A stretch of 64,000 nucleotides of DNA from Camelus dromedarius. Its lineage: Eukaryota. A program made the translations under genes and the position numbers. The stretch covers positions 72,480,001 to 72,544,000 of the forward strand of contig NC_087436.1 of assembly GCF_036321535.1 (NCBI RefSeq), written 5' to 3'. Positions 11,434 to 24,939 of this stretch are shown here, in pieces. Under the pieces are notes generated by a model, which worked only from the letters and a program-made list of their open reading frames with translations, had not been told where the DNA came from and ran no database searches. Numbering within the stretch: position 1 is the first letter of the stretch; each line of letters starts with the position of its first letter.

Positions 11434-14432
11434 GTAAATCAACTATACTTCAAAAAAAAAAGTATGAATTATAGTGGGACAGTATTGAAGGTGACCGCAT
11501 TGAGGAGACAGCATTGATGTGACTCCCATTGTATTGTGACTTCCAGTAGCCAGGACCATTTCCTATTTATCTTTGTATTTCTTGTACCTAATAAAGAACC
11601 TTACACTGGAGAATAGACAATTCAATATTTAATGAACAACTTCCTTCTTTAGAAGTTAGATGCTTATCTTGGTTTAAGTTTTTTTCCTAAAACTTGAGGT
11701 GAGCCTTTATAGGGGCAGATGGGCTCTTCAGGATCTGTTCCACCTTAGATTCTCCTTAGTACCTTGTTTGGGGCTGTTCCCCTTCGTGAAGGCTTAATAT
11801 GGCATTGCATCAGCACTGCTGACTCAGAGCTTACACCTGCAGAATTCAAAGGTAAGGTGGGGAGGCGGCAGAGAAACAGCTGAGAAGTGATGACTGTCAT
11901 CAATGAAGAACAAGAAAATACTATGGCTTTCCTTTCTCATGTGGGTAGGAATATGAGCCCTTCTTTGGTGAAGTCATCATTCCTGTGGTATATTCAGATT
12001 GTGGAATATTGCTGAATGTCTCTTCCAAACATGCGTTGACTGGCAGAAAGTGAAATGATTTCATTGATCTACAATCAGTCATTATTAGTTGTGGCTTTGA
12101 AATAACATCCATACATCTAATTAAAATTCAGGAAAATTAAAAAAAAATTCAGGGATGGAGTGTCCCACATCAACACTTGTGTAATTATCTGTACAGAGGT
12201 GGTGTTTGAAATAGGCTATGGAGAATCTGACTGTGCACCTGACTACCTGCTCTGGGTGTGGCTTTGGTTCTGAAGGGGAACAGTGAGAAGGAGGGAGTCA
12301 CTGTGTTGCTATAGATCTCCTCAGGCAGCTTTCTGTGAAAAGTCCTTTCTTTTTACCCATTTCTATAGTCAGAGAAAGGTTTCTGGCTCTGTCTCTTGCT
12401 CTATCACCTAGGTGCAATTCTTTCCAAATTTTATTTCTGATTTGTCTAATTAATAATTGCTTACTTTAGAATGACTTATCTTTGTTGAGGATTGATGAGT
12501 ACTACGCATGCATGTGGGCTTTATGACTGTGGTTGGAACAGATTTTAAAAAGTCATAGTTCTTTGAGTGTGCACATTGCAGGCAATCTGCTCTTAGTATC
12601 TTACTAATATGTGTCCTTTAAATCAAGATGGTAATCAATATCAGAGATCAGATATTACATTACGAAAATAAAGGGCAGGTGCATTTCAATCATTTCTGTT
12701 GTGCATGTTTCATAATTCATACTTACACTTGTTTTAAACATAAGCAAGGAAGATTCCTTATCTCTATAAAACATACACACACACAAAACAAAGGACACAT
12801 GACACATATCCTTCACAGAACAGTCAGGACAGTTCTAAAAATAAAGTGATGTACCACGTTAGGATGAATGAGAATCCCTCCTTACATACTAAGAGTAACA
12901 GAAGTCCTTTTAGGTAACTAAGATAGCACCCCAAATTTACTTTTTTGAATGAAAAACTACCTGAAAGAGGTTCCCCCTCCACTACTTTATGATAAATTTT
13001 CTGATTTTTTAGTGGAAGCTTTGCAAAAGAGTACTGAATGGCTTGGAAATAACTTGGAAAATGACATTAGTTTGATGTGGGCACTAGATGAGATGTAAAC
13101 TTAAATAAATGTCTTCAAATATAAATAAATAGATTTTAAAACTTGCTTTAGATATAGGCTTGTGAGCACACATTATCTCAGTTCTCAAAATACTACATCC
13201 GGGAATTTATCCTAAAGAGAATTGTAAGGAGACTTTCATAGTTAACATTCAAGGATATCCATCACAAATTTATGATAGCAAAGAGTTAAAAACAGCATAC
13301 ACATTCAACAACACGGGAATATTTAATGAATGGTGGTGTAGCTATAAAAAGGACTTATTACAAACAATTCTATTTTGAAAAATAATTATGTTAGGTTACA
13401 GACATGATAGAAATCTAAATATAACACCCCCCCCCCCCACGAAACACACACACACACACTGACAGAAAACAAAGATGAAAAAGAATACAACTTGAGAAGT
13501 GTTTTTACCTCAGGCTAGTAGTTAATAGGTGATAGATAAATATTGATTCTTCATCTTTCTCTGAATTCTCTGAGTAAATTCTTCAGGATGTATTGATTCC
13601 CTAATTATAAAATGAAATTTAAATATATTAAGATGACCCATTCCTGGTCCGTGGCAAGATTCTGCCTGCTGTCTGTGTTGTCTTCTGGGGCTGCTAGCCT
13701 TTAATTTAGAGGAGCGTGGGGAAGCTGTACTAAACTGAAATGGCTGGTCTCCTGCCGGGTACCAAACATTTTAATTAAATTACTTTCCTTGGGAGAAAAG
13801 AAGAAATGAAAAGACGTGTGAATTAAAAGTATGGGATGTATATCTCAGTAAAGTTTATTTTAAAAAGAGAGATGGGAAACTGAAAGACTTAGGGATAAAG
13901 TGAGGGTAATTTTGGTTTTCAAGTTTATTTCCAGATAGATAATAGAAAGAAGTCATCTAGTTTTCAACTAGCACCAAGAAGAAGGAGTAGGGCAGGAATA
14001 TGAGGAAAGAGGCAGGGCGGGAAGACCCCTACCTGTTCTCATTTGAGTTCCTGATTTCTACCTTTGCCAATCTATCTTGAAGGGTTCTTGCTGCTGAAAT
14101 TCGTTCGTCTTGCCTCAAGCCCCTAGAGCTACCCAGATGTCATCAATACCTTGTTCTGCTATAGTCAGTTGAGGGCAAATCCAGATTTTAACTGAAGCAA
14201 GCTTTGTAGTGAATAGAGGCACATCCATTTTTTTGCCTCTATATAAATATTTTAAACCTTAGAAAAACCTATTTAGTTTCAGATTTATCTGATTCATCTC
14301 CAGCACTAGCTAGTTCCTGATATTTCTGAAAAAGTAGATATAAGACCATTAGATTTTTTTCTGTATGATAAATAATTAATACCTTCTCATATTTCTGAAT
14401 ATCATAGAACATTATTTTTTAAAATATAGTGG

Positions 14433-14577
14433 TTATCAAACAGATTTTAAAATAATAATAATAAAATAATAATTTAAAATAATATCAGATTTTAAAATAA
14501 TATCAGATTTTAATATAATAATATCAAACAGATTTTTAAAATAATTTAAAATAATAGTATCAAACAGATTTCAAAAT
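14433..14577. repeat. AT-rich minisatellite
   Basis: Five variably spaced copies of atc(aaac)agatttt(aaaataat). Confidence 0.8.
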
Positions 14578-14654
14578 TCTCTCTTGAATAGAGAGCTTCA
14601 GTATAGGCTTTTCATCATTTTATTTAAATATTGGTGTTCATAATGTTTATTTAT

Positions 14655-14855
14655 TATGATGATAAGGACTAATATTTATTGAGCATTTCTGAAACATCAT
14701 CTTATTTAAATATCACAATACCCTTTTGAGGTCAGTAAGTTAATTATCCTTATAGATGCAAAAAGTTGAGGCTTAAAGTGAATTGATTTGCCTGTGGTCA
14801 TAGAATGAAGTGGTTGGAGCAGGACGGGGAACCCCATCTGACTCTAAACCCTGAC
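14655..14855 (-). mobile_element. MIR
   Basis: taatatttattgagcattt..tatagatgcaaaaagttgaggctt..tgatttgcctgtggtca. Confidence 0.65.
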
Positions 14856-16099
14856 ATCGATTCTTCATTGTGCTTTTGGCTATTGTTGCCATAATTTTGG
14901 AAAGCAGGGTGTGCTTTTATTTTCGTTGTTTATTTTATCTTAAATGAAAGTGTTATAATAACTGAAGGAGCAGGCATCAAGCATGCATACTGTTTCTCAA
15001 GAATTTATAGCTGTATTGGTCACACTCCACATTTTATTAGTAACACTTTCCAATAGAACCCAAGGGGCATATTTAAAGAAGGCAAAAAACAAATGTGAGG
15101 TTTAAATCTGCAAAGCTTGCAGAGTTATACCTACAATTCTATAACTACCTGCCAATTAATAACGTTTCACATTCATACATTCAAAAGACTTGGCATTTTA
15201 CTCATCTGAGTAGAGTATTTCTACATCTTTATTCCAGTTCTGCTTTTCCAAAACAGCCTGCCATATGTGTCCCTTCCACAACGCGTGGCAATCCTAAAAA
15301 GCCTACTCTCAGAGTGATGTGACCTTCTTTAGGAATCAATAATCTGTTGAAAAGGGCAAAAGTTATCCTATCATTTCCATTTTTTTGGTCATTAGACCCT
15401 GATTTGTTTTTAGCAAAGTATGTGTTCCAGCTGAAAAACTGTTAATTCCTGGTACATTTTTTGTGTTTTCATGGCCGAGGAATTAAGTTAGAGATCAAAT
15501 CAAAACTTTTTTTTTTAACATACTGTTTATTCTTATATACTCATTAAAAGTTTTCTCACCATCCAGTGTGCCTCATTAGGGATTCTGGCCTGTAAACTCG
15601 ATGGAAACTGGTTGGTACACCCCTAATCCTAGAATAATTATGGAAGGGAAAGGCACCCCTCCCTCCCCTGAACAAAGACACAAAATATGGCTCACTAATT
15701 ATCACACTGGTTTCCTGGAATCAGCTGGCGGTCATAGTCACATAACAACAGTGGATAAAAGAGGTAAAATTGGGGCAACTTTAGTTTATTTACATGTGAT
15801 CCATTAAGCCGTATTTGTTTTTTACCCTATCGAAATAACTAGGGATATTCACAAAATAAATTGAATTGTTAAAATTGCCAGGAGATTAACAACATTTATT
15901 TATGGAAATTTAATTACACCTTGACTTTTTAGAAGGAAAAAAAGTTTGAAGCAACTTAAAAATAAAGACAGGTATTTTGGTTACATAGGAAGAAGGTCAC
16001 TTACAGCAACTTAATATCAGTAAAGCTATATACAACACAATGTTCATACTGTGTTTGAGATTTCAGTTAAAAAACTAAGAAGCCAAAGGCAATTGTCAT

Positions 16100-16300
16100 T
16101 CATCAAATGCTACCATGTGCCAAGCACCACGCTCTGTGCTTTCATCTAATTTTATTTTTATAGCAAACGTAGGGCTTTGGGAAGTGTCATTGTGTTTATT
16201 TTTATAAATGTGGAATATAATCTTACGATTAGTGTGAGAACACACAATTTATAATTGTCAAGGGGAGATTTATTTGCCTCCAAAGCCCAAGTTCTTTCCA
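16100..16300 (-). mobile_element. MIR (degenerate)
   Basis: taccatgtgccaagcacc..ttttataaatgtggaa..ctccaaagccc. Confidence 0.5.
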
Positions 16301-17009
16301 ACGACTCCGACCACATGCTTGTGCAGACCAAATGGCAAACCTACTTACCCTACGGAGTAACTACTAATTCCCAGTGGAGAGCTGCATTATCATTCCAATT
16401 TCCTACATGGGGAACTTCTCAAACCATACTTTGATTGTGCCATATGGAGCAGATAACTGGTATACATCCACCTTACCCCCTGGGATTTGTGAATTAGAAC
16501 TCCTGCAATTTCTGCTCACCTCTCTCCCCATCCTGCCAGTCCTTGCTTCCACTGCCAGGTGAGACGCTCCCACGACTGTCAGAGACACAGCTGTTTCCCT
16601 TTCCCATTGCTTCACTACCGCCTTGCAGGACCAGCCGAGCCAATGAAATGATAAGGCCCAAATGAAAGGAACTACTTCAAAGAACGTTCTCTTTCCTCTT
16701 GGGAGCTATTTCTTCCTCATTACCAAGAAAAAACAAACAGCTCACAAAGAATGCTTTGTGTTGACTGGTCAGACTTCCGAGGATTTATCTGTTACCTCAA
16801 GATGTCTAACAGACGCTTACTGAACTATATTCTCTTGCTTTCTCACATTAACTCCTTTTCACCGAGTTAAAGTACACAGAACAAGAGCCCTGGTGACTTT
16901 CCTATTTTCCTTTGGGACTCTTCTCCTTTTGTCTTTCTCCTAACTTGATTAACGTGCCACTTTCTAACAGCGTCTCAAGATGGTCTAAAGCTACACTCTC
17001 CCTTTCTCC

Positions 17010-17290
17010 CTTCATTTACGCAGCATATTGACCGGGCACCGGTAGTGCCAGGTGCTGTCTTCATGCTGGGTGGACAACAAAACTCAGCTTCTGCCCTCGT
17101 GGAGCTTATAGTCTACTATAAACAGACATTGATCAAATAGTAACATGCAAATGTAATGGCAGAATTTTAAAACACGACAGAAAGTGCAGGGGCTATGTGT
17201 GCATATATGGAGGGGGACTTGGTCAGTATCAGGACCGGTGTAACCACAGAAGACCTCCCAGAGGAAGTGGCTGTTTGGCTGGCATACATT
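17010..17290 (-). mobile_element. L2 fragment
   Basis: gtgccaggtgctgt..ctgccctcgtggagcttatagtcta. Confidence 0.6.
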
Positions 17291-17388
17291 TTTAAGGATT
17301 TATTAATAATAAGCAAATAAGACCTTCACAGTTTTCTTTCCTTTTACTAGTTTTAACTAGGCACTTTGTATACATCTGGTGTATTTTT

Positions 17389-17521
17389 TTTAATTGTTGT
17401 TGTTTTAGGGGGGGAGGTAATTAGGTTTATTTTAATTTTTTTTCTAATGGAGATATGGGGAATTGAACCCAGGACCTCATGCATGCTAAGCATGTGCTCT
17501 ACCACTGAGCTATACCCTCTG
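17389..17521 (-). mobile_element. tRNA-derived SINE (Vic-1-like)
   Basis: Minus strand: gagggtatagctcagtggtagagcacatgcttagcatgcatgaggtcctgggttcaattcccc (A and B boxes) plus a ..aacctaattacctcccccc tail; degenerate TSD tggtgt(a/g)ttttt. Confidence 0.9.
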
Positions 17522-18674
17522 GACTTTGGTGTGTTTTTATTACAGTGCATTCCAGTTTTACCAGTCATCTCCCACCTAGTACATTTGAGTTCCCTGAGGA
17601 TGGGCTCTGTTGGCCATCCTTGCACTCCCAAATGTCAGCCTCTCGTCTCACTACACCCCTATTAGGCTACATGGGGAGGGGTGGTCATGGTAGGATCAGA
17701 ACATCGTCACAAAGTCTTGGCACTTTCTCACATCCATTTATGTGGATTTTGCAAGCACTGGCTTTTTTTTTTTTTTTTTGGTATTTTATTTGTTGGTTTT
17801 TAAGAAGCTTTTTTTTTTTCAACCTAAAAAAAATTATTCCCTTGATTTCCCTGCTTTTATCTCAAGCCTCTTCAGCATTCAATGCTCTGGATATTTTTAG
17901 TGTTCCAAATGATTATGAATGTGTTGCCCTTAATTTTTTTTGGTCCTTGTATCACAAGGTTATAAGTAACAAGTTATTCTCCCAAAACAAAGCTTGTAGG
18001 CAAGGTAACAGAGCCACCCATTAAATCCCTAAGAGAACAGAAAGCTTTTCTCATTCTCTCAAACTGCCCATTCTTTCCTCACTTTGGCTTGCACACTGAG
18101 CCCGTCTATAGCTCTAAGGACTCTAAGGTTTGGCTCCAAATATTGTTTAATAATATTGCTTTTATGCTTTATGGAGGACTCAAATTAGAACTAACACCAT
18201 TCAGTTTGTTGATAGGTGTGACAGAACAATCCTCTTGTTACTATTTGTCCCAACTGTTGTTAAGTGATTATTATGTTAAGGTTGTGCCACTCTGTTTTTG
18301 GGGGGTGGGGTCTCAAGTGAAGAGTGAGATCACTCACTATATCCATCACCACAGTCTTTCCATGTGCTGGAAAGTGGTATGATCCTCAGATCAGAGAGAT
18401 GGGGGGGTGGGGAGGTCTAGGCTTGGTGGTAAAGACACATCCTTCCATTGGTTTTGAAGGAAATGGGTCAGAGTGCCCGATGCTTTGCTTTTGCCAGTGG
18501 GAAGGAAGATATGAAAGCAAAGACTGATACCAGGTACAAAAGGCACCCAGGTGAGTTGTGGTGGACTTGGTCTAGCCCCCTGGGCTAGGTTACAGTTTGA
18601 TTTCAAGCAAACTTAGAATTTTGCAAAAGCAGTGTCCCCACTATGAGCTTGACAGCTTCCCAAAACTTTCTTTT

Positions 18675-19336
18675 CTCATGAGATTAATGGTGATATTAAT
18701 GAATAGGATTTTTAAAATATTGTTTAATGATATGTGATGATATTAGGAAGATATATGTAACTCAATGAAGTGACATTTTCCAACTAAGTGACACATGATG
18801 TCACTAAATCCGTTCAAATGCATGATAGAACAATATTGGGTTTTAATATGACAGAGTATGGAAAGCTCATTGAAATGGCTTCCAAATCCACATTGTAAGT
18901 AACCTTTAAGAAACTATTACTTGTCAAGTCTTGGTATAGATTCAGAGACAGATAACCACAATTAAAAGGCTATTACAGCACTCCTCCCTTTTCCAAGTAC
19001 ATATGTATTTGACACTGGCTGCAGCATTTGAGAATCCAGCCTTCTGTGTTAAGCTGGAGATTAAAAGATTATCAAAACTGTAAAACAGTGACTCTCTTCT
19101 CTTTTTGCATGCGGATATTTAGTTATGTTAATAAAGATGTGTTATTTATTTTAGCATGTAATAGGGTTATTATTTTTTTGCAAAGAATGAAATAAATATT
19201 TAAATAGTTTATCAGTTTTCATTGCTTACATGGTAAAATCAATGGATATAAGCCACATAAACAAAGCTCTTTTGGATCTTCGATAATTTTTAAAAATGTA
19301 AAATAGTCCTGAAGCCAAAAAGTTTGAGAAGCACTG
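18675..19336 (+). mobile_element. hAT-Charlie DNA transposon 3' part (Charlie1-like)
   Basis: aacctttaagaaactattacttgtcaagt.., ctcccttttccaagtacatat and the terminal aaaaagtttgagaagcactg. Confidence 0.75.
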
Positions 19337-19399
19337 ATTTACATAACGAAACTTTTCATTCCTGTGTCTTTATCATATGTTTAGATGGCATATGTTTAG

Positions 19400-19627
19400 A
19401 GAGGCCTATCTAAAAATAACAGCCTTTTATTTTTCTTTCTGGCACCAGTCATTATCAGACATTGTGTTATGTATGTATTTATTTGCTTATCAGCTGTCTT
19501 CCCTGTGAAAATGTAGGCTCCATCAGGGAAGGGATTTTTGTTATCTTGTTCACTGCTGTCTCCCCATCACCTACTATAGCGCCTGGCACATAGTAGCTAT
19601 TCAGCAAATACCTGTTGGAACAATGAG
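19400..19627 (+). mobile_element. L2 3' end
   Basis: gtaggctccatcagggaagggatttttg..gcctggcacatagtagctattcagcaaata. Confidence 0.7.
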
Positions 19628-20216
19628 GATTTTTCTTATCTGGATATTTTCTTTGTTGTGCTAAAACTTTAGAGATTTTTTTCTACAATTCTTTTAAATT
19701 TTGTCTTATCCCTTTGCTATTATTTTTGAGTCTCTCAGAAAAGAGTTTTTATACTCCCTAACAAACCCAGTCAGTTTCACATGGTGTTCTCTTTTACTTC
19801 AACCCCCCCATCATCCTCTGCCCACAACACGCGCTCATGTAGAGATGAGGTTACATTTTCTTTTCCTGCCAAGAACAGCTGTTGCCATGGCCAGACACAG
19901 TCTCTTAACTGCACACTCCATCCTACATGCGCTGGGCCCTCAAGATGGAACTGCATGGAGTTCTGTTGCAAAATGGGAAAGAAGGCCTCTTCCTCATGGT
20001 ATTCTTTCTTAGAATACTACAGACTTTTAAAGGGAAGACACCTTGCTATTTTTTATTCATGGTTTCTCTCTTTTCGCAATGAACGAGCCCTATGGGAGCC
20101 TAGAATAAAGCCCAGTCTGAGTTATGGACACTAAGATCTATTTAGACTTATCTCTCCTCTAACAATAACTATGCTGGCTTAAGCCCATCATATACACCTG
20201 ACTCTCTCTTTCTTTA

Positions 20217-20386
20217 GAGTAGGAACTCAACCTTGGCTACCCATGTGAATCCGTTGAGGAACTTCAAAAGTGCTCAAGTTCCAGCCACAGAAATTCTGAT
20301 TTAGTTGATATGGGCTGCAGCCTGATCACTGAGAGGACTCACAGCTCCCCAGATGATTGTCATGTGCAGACCTGGGTGAGCTGTCT
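20217..20386. mobile_element. MER5-like hAT MITE
   Basis: ctcaaccttggct..agaaattctgatttagttg..agctccccagatgattgtcatgtgcag. Confidence 0.65.
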
Positions 20387-20649
20387 CTCAGAAGCTCTGT
20401 AGTCCTCCCCACAGTGACTTGTGTCATACTCACATTTCCAGATCACTGGGTACACCCAGCCATAGTTTTTCCAAGAATTGAATGTAATATGAAACTAGCT
20501 GTTTTTGACATTTTCAGCAGTGAAACCAAGTCTCAAAATTCAGGATACACCTAAACTGGAATGTGATCAATTGAAATCGAACCAGCCCTTCTCCTAAGAG
20601 CATAGTGGGAAATAAAATGTTTTGTCTATCATTTGACAATATGGCAAAA

Positions 20650-22357
20650 CATTTTTAATTAAAAAACACAGTTATTCTAGAAAACAAGAAAGAGGGGTCT
20701 CTGTAGACTAGAATAAGGATATTCCCCTCAAAGAAAAAGGCAATAGGAACAAATAAAATTCAGAACAGCCTGAAGCTGTGAGGTCAGTCCATAGGTAGGA
20801 GAGGGCTGAGACCCAGGTGAATGCTTGGGAAAAAGTGCTGGCATCTTTATGCCCACACAAGTTGTGCACAAGGCTCAGGACTACATCTGCACAGCCTGAG
20901 TGAAACTGGGTTCTGGGAAAGATGCCACTGCTGTCTACTGTCCTGGCTGAGCCGAGAACAGCAGTGCCTCCTGCCATACAGCGTGGGGCTCCTGCAGCAC
21001 AGCCTATGCACTGACAGGGGTCGGCGGATCTGCACCTCAGCAGGAGCACATCTGGAAATGGATCTGTGAAGAGTGCTGCCCTGAGTGCCAGGCCTGCTCT
21101 GGAGCCAGACTATCAGTGGAGCCCGTGTTGAGTCCCCACAAACTTGAGTAAAAGTCCAGGATGCCCTAGGAAGAGATATCTTATGGAAAATGACTACACA
21201 GGCAATAAAGGACAAACAACAAACTTAGTAAACAAAAAAGCTGACTAAGAAAAGTAAGCCCAGTAGTACAACCAGAAAGGACTTTCAAAAAAGTTACTCT
21301 GATGCTATTACCAAGGTAAAGAAGGGATTACAGCCATGAGAGAAGAATGAAAGTTTAAAAACAAGAATGGAGGTTATACAAGAAAAAGCAATTATGAAAA
21401 ATAATTAACTAAGTAATTAATTAGAAACATTGGAAATGAAGAAATAGTTATTGAAATTAAAAAAAATAAAACTTTGGAAGTAGACTGAATAGTGCTGAAC
21501 ATAGCATAAAAGTAAATCCACTGGAATAATAAAATGAACTCATCCCAGAATTCAACAAAAAGAGATAAACAGCTATAATGTATGACTTGTGATATGGATG
21601 ATAAATCAAGAAACTCTTCCAGGAGGAGATATTAGAGATAAATGTAAACAAAACACTTTAAAGGAAGATCACTGACAATTTTATGAAGCTAAAGAAAGAT
21701 ACAAGTCCTGAGTTTGAAAATATTTACCAAGTGCTGAGATGTATTAAAATAAAGTAATTATACTTAGATACATAATATTAGACCTTAAGAACACTGAGAA
21801 TCCTAAAAGTTACAAGAGGAAAAGAGAGTATCTATAAACAAATAAGGATCTGAATGAAGACTGATTGTCAGTGGTTTTGGTGCCAGAAGACGATGGAGTA
21901 TTTGAAGGAGAAAAATTAATGTAGAAATTTGTACCTAGCTGAACTATCACTCAGAAGTGATAAAGAAATAAAGAAATTTCCAGATATGTAAGGACTCAGG
22001 AAATTTATCTCCTTTAAAATGAGTCCCCCAAACAGAAGTAGAAGACAATGTAACAATACATATATATAACAGTACATATGAATTGATTAAGCAATCCAGT
22101 GAAAAGTCAGGGATTGTCAGACTGGTATAAAGGCAAGACCTAACTATATGTTGTCTACAGGAGACACACTTTAGATCTGAAAATACAAATAGGTTCAAAA
22201 GTAAAAAGGTGCAAAAAACGACCATAAGAAAACAAAAGTGGCTACACCTTTATACAAACTAGACTTTAAAACAAACTAACAAAAAAGTCACTAGAGATTA
22301 AAGAGGGACATTTTATAATAAAAAGTGTATTCACAGACATCAATAATACACAATTAT
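20650..22357 (+). mobile_element. Old L1 (5' region, ORF1 and ORF2 endonuclease remnants)
   Basis: A-rich degenerate ORF1-like sequence, then aagacctaactatatgttgtctacaggagacacacttta (ORF2 EN, CCLQETH motif). Confidence 0.65.
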
Positions 22358-22372
22358 AAAATGTAATAGAAA

Positions 22373-24215
22373 TTCCAGTTTATAATTGCATCAACAAGAG
22401 TAAAATACCTAGGAATAAATTTAACCAAGGAAGTAAAAGAACTGCACACTGAAAACTGTAAGACATTGATGAAGGAAATTAAAGAAGACACAAATAAATG
22501 GATTGGAAGAATTAATATTGTTAGACTGTCCATACTACAGAAAGCAGTCTACAGATTTAATGTAATTCTTATGAAAATTCCATTGGCATTTTTCACAGAA
22601 CTAGAACAAATAATTCTAAAATTTTATGGGCCCACAAAAGACCTCAAATAACCAAAGCAGTTTTGAGAAAGAAGAATAAAGCTAGAGGCACCACAGTCCC
22701 TGATTTTCAACTGTATAACAAAGCTATAGTAATCAAAACAGAATGGTATTAGAATAAAAACAGACACATAGATCAATGGAACAGGATGGAGGTCCCACAA
22801 ATAAACGCAAAAATTTACAACAAAGGAGCCAAGAATATACAATAAATAGTGTTCAGAAAATTGGACAGCAACATTAGACCATTATTTTATACCATACACA
22901 AAAGTTAACTCAAAATGGATAAAGACTTGAATGTAAGACCTGAAAGCATAAAAATTCTAAAGAAAACATAGGGGATAAGCTCCTTGACTCAGTCTTGGCA
23001 ATGACTTTTTGGGTTTGACACCAAAAGCAGAGGCATCAAGAGCAAAAAAATCAACAAGTAGGAGGACTACATCCAACTAAAAAGCTTCTGCACAGCAAAG
23101 GAGGAAACCATCAACAAAATGAAAAGGCTACAAACTGAATGGGAGAAAATATTTGCAAATTATACATCTAATAAATTAATATCCAAAATATAGAGAAAAC
23201 GCATACAACTCAATAGCAAAAAAAAAAAATACAATTAAAAAAGTGGGCAGAGGATTTGAATAGAATTTTTTCAAAGAAGACATATAGATAACCAATAGGC
23301 ACATGAAAAGATGCTCAACATCACTAATCATTAGGGAAATGCAAATCAAAACCACAATGAGATATCCACCTCACACCTGCCAGAATAGTTGTTGTCAAAA
23401 AGACAGGAAGTAACGAATGTTGGCAAGGATGTGCAGAAAAGGGAACTCTTGTGCACTGTTGGTGGAAATATAAATTGGTGCAGCCACTTTGGAAAACAGT
23501 ATGGAAGTTCCTCAAAATTAAAAATACATATGATCCAGCAATTCCACTTCTGGGTATTATCATAGAAAACAAAAGCACTAAGCCTGAAAAGATATATGCA
23601 CCCATATGTTCATTTGCAGCATTATTTACAATAACCAAGATATGGAAACAGTGTAAATGTCCATCAGTGGATGAATGGATAAAGAAAATGTGACATATAT
23701 ACAAACACAGGTGGAGTATTATTTAGCCATTAAAAAAGAAACCTTGCCATTTGCAACAACATGGCTGGACCTTGAGGGCATTATGCTAGATGAAATAAGA
23801 TAGACAGAGAAAGACAAATACCATATATGTAGAATTGTAAAAAAAAATCCAACCAAACAAACAAAATTACAAGCACATAGATACAGAGAGTAGATCGGTG
23901 GTTGCCAGAGGTGGAGGATGGGTGGGTGGGTAAAATGGGTGAAGGGAGTCAAGAGGTACAAACTTCCAGTTATAAAATATGTAAGTCATGGGGATGTAAT
24001 ATACAGCAAAGTGACTATAGTCAATAATACTGTACTGCATATTTGCAAGTTGCTACGAGAGTAAATCTTAAAACTTCTCATCACAGGGAAAAAAATACCT
24101 AACTATGTTGGTGATGGATGTTAACTAGACTTACTGTGGTGATCATTTTATAATACATACAAATACTGAATCATTGTTATACACCTGAAATGTTTTATGT
24201 CCTTTTACCTCAATA
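22373..24215 (+). mobile_element. 5'-truncated L1 (ORF2 C-terminus plus 3' UTR, L1MA9-like)
   Basis: ORF2 peptides ([42 protein letters not shown]); 3' UTR ending caataaaaa; 15-bp TSD aaaatgtaatagaaa at 22358-22372 and 24216-24230. Confidence 0.92.
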
Positions 24216-24649
24216 AAAATGTAATAGAAAACATATTTCATTCACAATAGTAGCAAAATTGGAAATAAAATTCCTAGGAATAAAACTAACCAGAAGTAAT
24301 AAGAAAGTAGAAAGAAATTATAAAATATAATCAAAGGGGAAGGCTGAAAAAAAATTGAAGATATACCCCATGTGTTTGCACAGAGGAATTTATTCATATA
24401 AGGATGTTAATTATCCCTAAATTAATCTTTTAAATCCAATACCATCTCCAAGTATCATAATTTTGCAAGGAAATGGAAAGGTTCATTTCACAAAAGGGTT
24501 ATCTTATAAATAATGTGATCATATGTCATATTTGTTTGCAATAATTCAGGATTATGCAACCTGATGTTATTTTTAGTAGTGCTCCCTATTATTCTCAAAA
24601 TTGTCCTATTTTGGACCAAAAAATATGCAGACATCTTATTTATAAAAGT

Positions 24650-24920
24650 AATAAGCAGTGGAAGAAAAAGAATAAGGGAGAAGACCTTTTTTTTTTTTAA
24701 TTTCTGCTTCTCAGCTTTCTCACTTACTAGCTGTATGACCTTGTTACTTAAGTCACAGATTACTTAATCTTTCCGTTCCTCAGTTTCCTCATTTCTAAAA
24801 TAGGCCTGATAATAACATCTACATCACAGCATTGTTATAAGGTTTAATAGAGAGAATACACACAAAGCATTTAGAATACTGACACAGTGTAGGTGCTCAG
24901 CAAATATTAGTTATTAATTA
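24650..24920 (+). mobile_element. MIR
   Basis: cacttactagctgtatgaccttg..ttacttaatcttt..cctcagtttcctcatttctaaaatagg..tgctcagcaaatattag. Confidence 0.75.
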
Positions 24921-24939
24921 TGAATAGTAATACTTTATT

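Noticed and set aside
14433..14577. CRISPR-like repeat array
   Set aside because: Eukaryotic DNA; the spacers are low-complexity AAT runs with irregular period.
17353..18024. ORFs 17353-17631(-), 17366-17665(+) and 17545-18024(+)
   Set aside because: They run through the SINE and poly-T tracts and show no protein-family features.
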